A DNA stretch of 64,000 bases from Leucoraja ocellata (Eukaryota): the NCBI GenBank assembly GCA_036785375.1, contig JAWMAR010000562.1, forward strand, positions 868,001 through 932,000. The letters are read 5' to 3'. Shown one piece after another: positions 35,433 through 46,400 of this stretch. The notes beneath the pieces were generated by a model. The model did no database searches. It saw nothing but the letters and a program-made list of their open reading frames with translations, and was not told the origin of the DNA. The translations under genes and the position numbers were made by a program. The stretch's first letter is position 1. Each line of letters starts with the position of its first letter.

Positions 35433-35471
35433 TGGTGTCAAAGTAAAAAAAAAAAAAACCTAAAGAAAAGA

Positions 35472-36224
35472 ATGGCAGGACTCAAGCCACCGGGACCACT
35501 CTCCATGCAAGGAAACGTGGCCAAGAATTATAAGGACTGGATAAGGGCATTCCAGCTGTACGAGGCGGCAACAGAACTAACAAATAAACCAGATAATATT
35601 CGCTGTGCAACATTCCTCCACGTAGCCGGGCCGGCAGCTCAGGAGATTTGTGAGACCTTTGAGTTTACCCAGGAGGAAACTGACAAAATACAACCCCTGA
35701 AGGATAAGTTTCAGACATACTGTGATCCAAAAAAGAACTTAACTGTCTCAAGATATGTCTTTAATACACGTAATCAGCGGCGAGGGGAGACCTTCTCCAG
35801 CTACCTGACTGCAGTGAAGTCTTTAGCCAAAGATTGTGAGTTTGGCATTATCCATGACTCATTGCTACGAGACAGAATTGTCTGCGGCATCACCAGCCAG
35901 CCGCTCCGGGAAAAACTACTACATTGCGATGATTTAACACTAGAAAAATGCAGTGACATGTGTCTGATAGCTGAAGCAGCAGCCGAACAGATGAAGCAGA
36001 TTGCCCCAACCGCCATCGACACCGAAGAGACAGTTGATTATGTGAAACGGGACAGCGCCAGTCGGCCTTGGGGCCGAGGCAGGGATTCGCGACCCAGACA
36101 ACCACTGACAGAAATCCGTGATTCTGGTAAGGATACCGTCTGCCGGTCATGCACCCGCGCGCATAAAGGCAACTACTGCCCTGCTGTTGGTCATTGTTGG
36201 TCAGTGCACAGTAATTCTTACTGA
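35472..36224 (+). CDS. Gag, truncated after the first Zn knuckle
   Basis: MAGLKPPGPL..RYVFNTRNQRRGETF..LRDRIVCGI..CRSCTRAHKGNYC. Confidence 0.85.
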   Translation: MAGLKPPGPLSMQGNVAKNYKDWIRAFQLYEAATELTNKPDNIRCATFLHVAGPAAQEICETFEFTQEETDKIQPLKDKFQTYCDPKKNLTVSRYVFNTRNQRRGETFSSYLTAVKSLAKDCEFGIIHDSLLRDRIVCGITSQPLREKLLHCDDLTLEKCSDMCLIAEAAAEQMKQIAPTAIDTEETVDYVKRDSASRPWGRGRDSRPRQPLTEIRDSGKDTVCRSCTRAHKGNYCPAVGHCWSVHSNSY

Positions 36225-36287
36225 CCACAAGCCATTAGTAGGCTGCTCGCCAAGCCACTACACAAATTAAGCCCCAGACTCCAACGC

Positions 36288-37853
36288 ATGCGAATGCACC
36301 TGCTACGGTACGACCTGGAAATACGGTGGAAGCCGGGACGTGAAATGTTTGTCCCCGATGCCCTGAGCCGGCTGCCCAGTGCAAACACACCTGCGGAAGA
36401 GTACACCGCACTGCCGAACGTGATACATGCTGTAGAAGCCATCCTACACATGTCAGACGAGCGCCTTGCGCAGTTCAAGGCTGAAACAAAGAAAGATCGA
36501 ACCCTAACACTGTTGTGCGAGTGTATAAGGAAGGGATGGCCTAGTAACAGGCGTGATCTGCCCTCGGACTTGACTCCGTTTCATACATACCATGACGAGC
36601 TGGTTGAAGTTGACGGATTAGTCTTGAGGGAGAACCGAATCGTAGTCCCCCAAAGCATGCGGAGGCAGATGCTGAACGCGCTACATGAATCACATCTGGG
36701 AGTAGTGAAACTGAAACAACGAGCCCGCAATTTATTTGCGTGGCCAGGATTGAACGCACAGATTGAGGACACTGTGGGAAATTGCTCGATATGCCAGGCG
36801 ACAAGGAAAGCACAAGCAAGCGAGCCGCTCCAACCACACTTCATCCCCAGCAGACCTTGGTCTAAGGTCGGCGTAGACATCTTCCATCTGGATGGAGTTG
36901 ACCATTTGCTTGTAGTGGACTATTACTCCAAGTACCCAGAAATAGCGCAACTGATAGACATGACGTCACATTCGGTGATACGCGAGATGAAGGGCATGTT
37001 TGCCCGGAATGGCATTCCTGACTTGGTGATGACTGACAACGCGAGACAATTTGTCTGTGCTGAATTTCATAGGTTCCACGATGACTGGGAATTTGCCCAT
37101 GTCACCTCAAGTCCCATATATCCACAGAGCAACGGGCAGATAGAGCGCTGTGTGCAAACTATAAAAGGTATCATGAGGAAAGCCAAACGCAGCGGCCGTG
37201 ACCCGATGTACGCCATCCTCGAATACCGCAACACCCCACTTGATGGGACAGGCGGCTATGCCCCCTCACAGTTACTGAACAGTAGACTGTTAAGAAGCAA
37301 ATTGCCATCGCCTCTATCACTCTTACTGCCTCATCATGTCCCTCCCTTGGGACCACAACTGGCCATCCGACAAGAAAAACAGGCAGCATACTTCAATGTG
37401 AAGGCAAGCGTCGAGCCGCTGCCGCGCCTGGAACAACAACAACAGGTATGGTTTCATGCCAAACCAACTGAGTGGCAACGTGGCCGTATTGCAAGAGAAA
37501 ACCTGTCCCCTCGGAGCTACGTCATCTCTACACCGAGCGGTACAGAGTTCCGCAGGAACAGGAAGGACATACGACCTGCGCACGAAGCAGCTGAGCCATG
37601 CCCTGACAACACGCAGCAAACAAGTGCGAACACTCTCCCACAAGGAGGAACCCCTCACCCAGGAGGAGCTAGTCTCCCAAACTCAAGCAAACTATCACAG
37701 GCCGCACCACAAGGGTCTGTGGTGGGGGAATCGGCTCAAAGCGAGCCAAGCCACACTCGCACACAACACAAATATGACACAGAACGAGTTGGAAAGACGA
37801 CTTGCACGAGAAGTGGGCGATTGTCAAAACCCCCAACTCGACTTGTTATGTAA
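36288..37853 (+). CDS. RNase H C-terminal remnant plus complete integrase
   Basis: HHCC (HESH..CSIC), DDE triad (VGVDIF, MTDNA, GQIER) and C-terminal TRSGR motif. Confidence 0.9.
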   Translation: MRMHLLRYDLEIRWKPGREMFVPDALSRLPSANTPAEEYTALPNVIHAVEAILHMSDERLAQFKAETKKDRTLTLLCECIRKGWPSNRRDLPSDLTPFHTYHDELVEVDGLVLRENRIVVPQSMRRQMLNALHESHLGVVKLKQRARNLFAWPGLNAQIEDTVGNCSICQATRKAQASEPLQPHFIPSRPWSKVGVDIFHLDGVDHLLVVDYYSKYPEIAQLIDMTSHSVIREMKGMFARNGIPDLVMTDNARQFVCAEFHRFHDDWEFAHVTSSPIYPQSNGQIERCVQTIKGIMRKAKRSGRDPMYAILEYRNTPLDGTGGYAPSQLLNSRLLRSKLPSPLSLLLPHHVPPLGPQLAIRQEKQAAYFNVKASVEPLPRLEQQQQVWFHAKPTEWQRGRIARENLSPRSYVISTPSGTEFRRNRKDIRPAHEAAEPCPDNTQQTSANTLPQGGTPHPGGASLPNSSKLSQAAPQGSVVGESAQSEPSHTRTQHKYDTERVGKTTCTRSGRLSKPPTRLVM

Positions 37854-38032
37854 AATTGTTGGGCAATTTTTTTTAATAGTTTTGTAGTATGACGAGCACT
37901 GTGTTATTTGTGGTACTTTATCCACATTAAATTCATTAAAGTTCAAGTTATTAATTTTGACCAACGTTGAAGGGGGGGATGTAAGGTAATTTAAGGGAAG
38001 GGGGAGAATTGTAATTAAAGTAAAGGGGGAGA

Positions 38033-38218
38033 TGTGATGTATATGTAAATGCCTGTGCCCCTTTAATATAAAGGGCTTTGCCTCGTGATCGAGAGCAGGT
38101 GACCTTGGAGAAGTGTCCCCGGGTGGGGCAGAATAAATCATACTTACAAGATGTCGGACGTGTTCTCCTTTTGCTTGTGCTAGTCACAACAGGGCCTTAC
38201 GTGGTCTCAAACATTACA
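38033..38218 (+). repeat. 3' LTR (186 bp)
   Basis: tgtgatgtatatg...caaacattaca, matching the 5' LTR. Confidence 0.95.
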
Positions 38219-40881
38219 GAAAGGAAGGACATTAGCTTGGAGGATGTAGAATTGATATGGGTAGAGCTGCGAAACACTAAGGGGCAGAAAACGCTAGTGG
38301 GAGTTGTGTACAGGCTACCCACCAGTAGTAGTGAAGTTGGAGATGGCATCAAACAGGAAATTAGAAATGCGTGCAACAAAGGTAAAACAATTATAATGGG
38401 TGACTTCAATCTACATATAGATTGGGTGAATCAAATTGGCAGGGGTGCTGAGGAAGAGGACTTCTTGGAATGTATGCGGGATAGTTTTCTAAACCAACAT
38501 GTAGAGGAACCAACGAGAGAGCAGGCTATTCTAGACTGGGTATTGAGTAATGAGGAAGGGTTAGTTAGCAGTCTTGTTGTGCGTGGCCCCTTGGACAAGA
38601 GTGACCATAATATGGTTGAGGTCTTCATTAGGATGGAGAGTGACATTGTTAATTCAGAAACAAAGGTTCTGAACTGAAAGAAAGGTGACTTTGAGGGTAT
38701 GAGACGTGAATTGGCCAAGATAGACTGGCAAATGATTCTTAAAGGGTTGACGGTGGATATGCAATGGAAGGCATTTAAAGACTGCATGGATGAACTACAA
38801 CAATTTTTCATCCCAGTTTGGAAAAATAATAAATCAGGGAAGGTAGTGCATCCGTGGATAACAAGGGAAATCAGGGATAGTATCAAAACAAAATATGAAG
38901 CGTACAAATTAGCCAGAAAAAGCAGCCACAAGAGGACTGGGAGAAATTCAGTCCAGCAGAGGAGGATAAAAGGCTTAATTAGGAAAGGGAAAATAGATTA
39001 TGAAAGAAAACTGGCAGGGAACATAAAAATTGACTGCAAAAGTTTTTATAGATATGCAAAGAGGAAAAGATTAGTTAAAACAAATGTAGGTCCCTTGCAG
39101 TCAGAAACAGGCAAATTGATCATGGGGAACAAGGACATGGCAGACCAATTGAATAACTACTTTTGTTCTGTCTTCACTAAGGAAGACATAAATAATCTGC
39201 CGGAAATAGCAAATAGACCGGGGGTTAAATGAGATGGAGGAACTGAGTGAAATCCAGGTTAGCCGGGAAGTGGTGTTAGGTAAATTGAATGGATTAAAGG
39301 CCGATAAATCCCCAGGGCCAGATAAGTTGCATCCCAGAGTACTTAAGGAAGTAACCGCAGAAATAGTGGATGCATTAGTGATCATTTTTCAAAATTCTTT
39401 AGATTCTGGAGTAGTTCCTGAGGACTGGAGGGTAGCAAACGTAACCAAACTTTTTAAAAAGGGAGGGAGATAGAAAACGGGGAATTACAGACCAGTTAGT
39501 CTAACATCGGTGGTGGGAAAAATTCTGGAGTCAGTTATTAAAGATGGGATAGCAGCGCATTTGGAAAGTGGTGAATTCATTGGACAAAGTCAGCATGGAT
39601 TTATGAAAGGTAAATTATGTCTGACGAATCTTATAGAATTTTTCAAGGATTTAACTAGTAGAGTGGATAAGGGAGAACCAGTGGATGTGTTGTATCTGGA
39701 CTTTCAGAAGGCTTTCAACAAGGTCCCACACAAGAGATTTGTATGCAAACTGAAAGCACACAGTAATGGGGGGTTCAGTATTGATGTGGATAAAGAACTG
39801 GCTGACAGACAGGAAGCAAAGAGTAGGAGTAAACAGGTCCTTTTCAGAATGGCAGGCAGTGACTAGTGGGGTACCGCAAGGCTCAGTGCTGGGACCCCAG
39901 CTATTTACAATATATATTAATGATCTGGATGAGGGAATTGAATGCAACATTTCCAAGTTTGCAGATGACACGAAGCTGGGGGGCAGTGTTAGCTGTGAGG
40001 AGGATGCTAGGAGGCTGCAAGGTGACTTGGATAGGTTGGGTGAGTGGGCAAATGCATGGCAGATGCAGTATAATGTGGATAAATGTGAGGTTATCCACTT
40101 TGGCGGCAAAAACAGGAAAGTAGACTATTATCTGAATGGTGGCCGATTAGGAAAAGGGGAGATGCAGCGAGACCTGGGTGTCATGGTACACCAGTCATTG
40201 AAAGTAGGAATGCAGGTGCAGCAGGCTGTGAAGAAAGCAAATGATATGTTAGCATTCATAGCAAAAGGATTTGAGTATAAGAGCAGGGAGGTTCTACTGC
40301 AATTGTACAGGGTCTTGGTGAGACCACACCTGGAGTATTGCGTACAGTTTGGGTCTCCTAATCTGAGGAAAGACATTCTTGCCATAGAGGGAGTACAGAG
40401 AAGGTTCACCAGACTGATTCCTGGGATGGCAGGACTTTCATATGAAGAAAGACTGGATAGACTTGGCTTGTACACGCTAGAATTTAGAAGATTGAGGGGG
40501 GATCTTATAGAAATTTACAAAATTCTTAAAGGTTTGGACAGGCTAGATGCAGGAAGATTATTCCCGATGTTGGGGAAGTCCAGAACACAGTTTAAGGATA
40601 AGAGGGAAGTCTTTTAGGACCGAGATGAGAAAATCATTTTTTACACAGAGAGTGGTGAATCTCTGGAATTCTCTGCCACAGAAGGTAGTTGAGGCCAGCT
40701 CATTGGCTATATTTAAGAGGGGGTTAGATGTGGCCCTTGTGGCTAAAGGGATCAGGGAGTATGGGGAGAAGGTAGGGATGGGATACTGAGTTGGATGATC
40801 AGCCATGATCATATCGAATGGCGGTGCAGGCTCGAAAGGCCGAATGGCCTACTCCTGCACCTATTTTCTATGTTTCTATGA

Positions 40882-41123
40882 AAGAACTGCAGATGCTGGT
40901 CTAAACTGAAGGTAGACACCCAAAGCTGGAGTAATTCAGCGGGACAGGCAGCATCTCTGGAGAGAAGAAATAGGCAACATTTGTGTCGAGACCCTTCTTC
41001 AGAATGGTACGAACCAGTCTGGACCTGTCTGACGAAGGGTCTCAACCCAAAACGTCATCCATTTCTTCTCTCCAGAGATGCTGCCTATCCCGCTGAGTTA
41101 CTCCAGCTTCTTGTGTCTATCTT
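40882..41123. mobile_element. Head-to-head inverted Penelope terminal-repeat pair with degenerate hammerheads on both strands
   Basis: Minus arm 40882-41003, a ~23-nt spacer, and a plus arm from 41027 (CTGACGA-AGGGTCTCAACCC-AAAACGTC). Confidence 0.8.
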
Positions 41124-41871
41124 ATCTTTCCTAGCTCCATCTCTGCGTTTTGTACCTGTGTGGACCACAAAACTCCATCTTTCCTCTTGCTCTCCAAGTT
41201 GATCTCAAACCAAACGGAAATGTCCTCAACCCTGACACGCAGCCTTTGATGTGTCTGATGCCTATGGGATTCAACAAGGCTGGACTGTACCCCTTTGCTG
41301 CGCCATTCATCATACCCGTACAATTTCATTTCTAGGGCACTTTCTTTACTTGGGAAATGCATGATTTGTTGCTATGGAAATAGCTTTAAGCATGCAAAGC
41401 ACATTTGAAATCCACCAAACAGCATTTAATGCGTTCTAAAATCAAATGTTAAGGAGTATTTACCGTGACCTACTTGGATTCCTAGTATTTCTCGCTGTTT
41501 CACAATACAGTGCATGCTAAATTTAAAAGCACCCTGACATAAATAATAGTTTTACAATGCAGTTAATCAAATAAATACGTGAATAATGTTAAGTGATCTG
41601 ACTTCAATCACCTTTTTGCTAAGTTCTAGACAATAGTATTTTAATAAGTGAATGATTGCAACAAGTAAAATCAACACGCATTTACGAGTCCACTCAGTGT
41701 TCCCACGTTGACAACCTGCGGATATTAAAACGTATTTGTGTACAGAATGATATGCACTCCTGAAAAATAAATCCAGCTGGTTGGAAGGATTTCAAACTCC
41801 ACAACAGCATTGCAGACAAAAATCAACATATTGCTCGGTCAAAAACATTGTTGCATATGCAAAGATAAAAC

Positions 41872-42158
41872 ATGGCAGCACAGTGGTGCAGCGTTACTGC
41901 CTTATAGCGCCCGAGACCCGGGTTTGATCCTGACTGCGGGTGCTGTCTGTACGGAGTTTGTACGTTCTCCCTGTGACTGCGTGGGTTTTCTCTGGGTACA
42001 CCGGTTACTTCCACACTCCAAAGACGTACGTTTGACGGCTTCGGTCAAATTGTAAATTGGCCCTAGTGCGTATAGGATAGTGTTAGTGTGTGGGGGTCGC
42101 TGGTTGGCGCGGACTCGGTGGGCCGAAGGACTTGTTTCCGCGCTCAAAACTAAACTAA
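41872..42158 (+). mobile_element. V-SINE (HE1-like)
   Basis: tRNA-like head, V-domain and ctaaa tail. Confidence 0.88.
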
Positions 42159-42913
42159 TGTGTTTGTTGCTGATTTCCTATGGCTGGCATTTCTTTGATT
42201 TCAAACTTTAGACGTTGAAACCACAATTTGAGAAATTAATATATGACGTTGCCTTCTGCAGAATTTTGAACGAACGACAACTGCTTTTTATTTTAAACCA
42301 TTGGTTCACATAATGGGCAAATAAATATCTTATGAATGTTGAAAGGTCCAACGAGCTAATGTTACGAAATAAACTGGAGGCTATGCTTTTTATGTTAGCA
42401 TTATCTTATCTAAAATAATCCTATCTGATATTGGTGGTACATTCAACTAATTTATATTTATGATATTCTTTATGCCATCTTTAATATTACATGGCAATAA
42501 AATTTAGCATAGGGATTTGCAATTACAAGGATTTTAGGCTGAAATCCAAAGAAGCTGACACATCGCACATAATGATTGCAACGTAAGGATTCATTGCAGT
42601 GTGAGTTCCTGCTTAAAATTGCTGAATGAACATCTTATTCAATATCCTCAAAATCATTTTATGGGATGTCATTTTTGCAAGGAAAGAGACCGTGAGAAAA
42701 CGTAATGAGGCAAGAATGCACAAATATATTTTCAGCATTCGAACCCAGCATCAATATATCAGTCATGGTATGTAATAAGGAATGTGGCAGAAATGTTTGA
42801 GAAAAACAAGATAAGCCAAAAGGACTAAATAGTTTGATGAGACAAAATGTAAACAATTACGGAGTTTAAATGAATAAAAAGTAAAATAAATCCTAAGATA
42901 TTATAAGAAAATA

Positions 42914-43400
42914 GGGTGGCATGGTGACCCAGCGGTAGAGTTGCTGCCCTTTACAGCGTTCGCAGCACCAGAGATCCGGGTTCGATCCTGACTATGGGTG
43001 CTGGGAGGTCATGTTGTAGTTGTATAACACGTTGGTGAGGCCGCATTTGGAATATTGTATTCAGTTCTGGGAATCATGTTATAGGAAATATGTTGTCAAG
43101 CTGGAAAGGGTACGGAGAAGGTTTACGAGGACATGGGTATAAGGTGGAGGAGAAATACTTAAAGGAGACCTGAGGGGCAAAGTTTATTACACATGGAAAC
43201 ATGGGTACATGGAACAGGCTGCCAGAGGAGGTGATCGAGGCAGGTACAATCCCAGCCTTCAAAAAGCATTTGGAAAGATGCATGAATAGGTAAAGAAGAG
43301 GAGAATAAAAAATCGACCAGTATAGATAGGCAGCTCAACCAGTATGGATGAGTTGGGCCACAGAGACTGATTCCGTGCTGTACAACTGTGACTATGTGAC
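42914..43400 (+). mobile_element. V-SINE head fused to a degenerate CR1 3' fragment
   Basis: A/B-box head to ~43003, then LYNTLVRPHLEYCIQFW. The tail equals window positions 1-130. Confidence 0.75.
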
Positions 43401-46400
43401 CTATTGGCTTTGAATCTTGGCTTTGAATAGCTGATTAAGATATCTTTTAATTTACTTGCGGAAAACAGATTCTTCTTTCTATTAACATAACTGGACTGAA
43501 AGAGTCACAGAGTCATAGATTCCTACGTAGTGAAACAGGCCCTTCAGCCTAACTTGCCCATACCGTCCAACATGTTCCAGTTACACTAGTCCCACCTGCC
43601 CATATCCCTCCAAACCTGTCCTGGTCCATATCCCTCCAAACCTGTCCTATCCATTTACCTGTCTAACTGCTTCTTACATGTTAGGATAGTCCCAGCCTCA
43701 ACTACCTCGTCTGGCAGCTTGTTCGATACACCCACAACCAGATACCTATTAAATCTTTTCCCCTTCTTCTTAAATTGATGTCCTCTGGTCCTTGATTCAA
43801 AGATCCTGGGCAAGAGACCCTGTGCATTTACACAATTTATTCCTCTCATGATTTTATACACCTCTATAAGATCACCCCTCATCCTCATGCACTCCAGGGA
43901 ACAGAGTCCCAGCCTACTCAACTCCATATAGCTGAGACCCTCTAGTCTTGGCAACATCTTCATAAATCTTCTCTGTACCCTTTTCAGCTTGACAGCATCT
44001 TTCCTATAACATGGTGCCCAGAACTGAACACAATACTCGAAACGCAGTCTCACTGCAGTGTCAGTTGCTTTCCTACTTTCATTACTGTAGGCAAAGAATT
44101 AGTGTGTGGGAAATGAACAGTGAATGGACCAGTTGCATTGTTTTTGAAGGCACTGTTGGGCTTGATGGACTGAATAGCCTAACTGCGTGGAATTAACCTC
44201 TAATTCTGTGATTCTGTGAGTACGTTTTCAGTGGGTAAGTGGCGGCACGTAGGCGCAGCGTTAGAGTTGCTGACTTACAGCTCTTGCAGTGCCAGAGACC
44301 CGGGTTTCATCCCGACTACAGGGGCTGTCTGTATGGAGTTTGTACGTTCTCCCCGTGACCGCGTGGGCTTTCTCCGCGATCTTCTGTTTCCTCACACTCT
44401 CCAAACACATACAGGTTTGTAGGTTGTGACTTGGTATAAGTGTCAATTGTCCCTAGAGTGTGTAGGGTTGTGTTCATTAGCTTGGTAAGATTTTAGAGTC
44501 CATTATCAAGGATGAAGTTATGGAGTACTTGGAAGTTCACAATATAATAGGGCAAAGTCAGCAAGGCTTTGTCAAGGGGAGGTCTTGACTGACAAATTTG
44601 CAGGAATTCTTTGGAGAAGTAAATAGCAGGACAGACAAGGGAGAGTCAGTATATGTTGTTTACCCAGATTTTCAGAAAGCCTTTGATAAGGTGCCACATG
44701 GGAGGCTGCTAAGGAAGATGAGAGCCCATGGTATCATAGATCTGGTATTAGCAGAGACATCAGGATGGCAGAAGGCAAAGTGTGGCTTTGGCTGCCAGTG
44801 ACCAGCAGAGTTCCACAAGGCTCGGTGCTGGGACACTGCTCTTCACGTTGTACATTTATAATTTCGATGAGGGGATTGAAGGCTTTGTGGCCAAGTTTGT
44901 GGCTAATACGAAAAAAGATGCAGGGGCAAGTAGTGTAGAGAAAGCAGGGATTTTGCAGAAGGACTTGGATAGGTTGAGAGGGTGGGCAGAGAAGTGGCAG
45001 GTGGAACATAGTGTAGCAAAGTCATGCGCTTTGGTAGTAGTAATAAAGGTGTAGATTATTTTCTTAACTGGTGCAGGATTCCCAAAAAGTTAAACTGCAA
45101 GTCGAATCAGTAGTAAAGAAAGCAAACGCAATGCTAACATTTATTTCGAGAGGGCTTGTATATAAAAACAGGGATGAAATGCTGAGGCTCTATAAGGCGC
45201 TGTCAGGCCGCATTTGGAATATTGCAAGCAATTTTGGGCACTATATCTGAGGAAGGATATGCTGGCTCTGGAGAGTGATCCCAGGAATGAGTAGGTTAAC
45301 CTATGATGAGTGTTTGTCAGCACTGGGCCTCTACTCGCTGGAGTCTAGTGGAATGAGGGGGGACCTCATTGAAACGTACAGAATAATGACAGGCTTGGAT
45401 AGTGAATGTGGAGAGGATGTTTTCACTAGAGGGGGAGTCTAGGACTAGAGGTCATAGCCTCAGAATTAAAGGTCGATATTTCAGGAAGAGGATGAGGAGG
45501 AATTTCTTTAGTCAGAGGGTGGTGACTCTGTGGAATTCTTTGCCACAGAAGACTGTGGAGGCAAAGTCAATGGATCTATTTAAGGCAGAGAGAGATAGAT
45601 TCTTGATTTGTACGAGTTTCAGAGGTTATGGGGAGGAGGCAGGAGAATGGGGTTAGGAGGGAGAGATAGGTCATTCATGATTGAATGGCAGAGTAGACTT
45701 GATGGGCCGAACGGCCTAATTCTTCTCCTATCACTTATGATCTTATGAATCTATGGGGATCGCTGGTTGGTGCAGACTCAGTGGGCCAACGTGCCTGTTT
45801 CCGTTCAGTATCCTGAAACTAAACTAAACTAAAACTGCTGGGTTTCAATGAAAGATCATTGATCTGAAACATTGAATCTGTTTTCCTCTGTCCATGGTCG
45901 CTACCTGACTTATTGAGGATTTGTATTGTGCTTTCAGATACACAGCATCTGATATCTTGTGTTGTTGCACCTCCTCATCTTTGAAGCTGCTTTATTAAAT
46001 CTCCTTTTTACCTTCCAATGCGGAGAGGCCAGATTGGGGGATGTGCGTAGGTTATAATAATAATAATAATACATTTTATTTATGGGCGCCTTTCAAGAGT
46101 CTCAAGGACACCTTACAAAAAATTAGCAGGTAGAGGAAAAACATGTAAGGGGAATGAAATAAATAGTAGAGACATGACTAGTACACAAAGTAAAGACAGA
46201 ATTCAATACAAAACACAATATGAGGCAATTAATGCACAGATGAAAAGGGAGGGGGACGTGGGGCTAAGGATAGGCAGAGGTGAAGAGATGGGTCTTGAGG
46301 CGGGACTGGAAGATGGTGAGGGACACGGAATTGCGGATCAGTTGGGGGAGGCAGTTCCAGAGCCTGGGAGCTGCCCTGGAGAAGGCTCTGTCCCCAAAAC

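Larger units (their letters stand above)
35247..38218 (+). mobile_element. Gypsy (Mag-like) LTR retrotransposon, internally deleted
   Basis: TG..CA LTRs, 5-bp TSD GAAAG (35242-35246 and 38219-38223), PBS-like TGGTGTCAAAGT at 35433, and polypurine tract AAAGGGGGAGA ending at 38032. Confidence 0.95.
33580..40880 (+). mobile_element. Near full-length, disabled CR1 LINE interrupted by an LTR element
   Basis: ORF1 from 33928 (CSAC..CRKC zinc finger, leucine-rich coil, IGDSIVRG, DGLHL). ORF2 APE (LNARS, ITETW) continues after 38219 (GDFN, SDHN), then RT (FADD) with stops and frameshifts. (tttctatg) tail at ~40864-40880. Confidence 0.93.

Noticed and set aside
41117-41381. 81-aa ORF and X-box-like GTTGCTATGGAAAT at 41368-41381
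   Set aside because: No domain recognised, the motif is imperfect, and there is no independent evidence of constraint.
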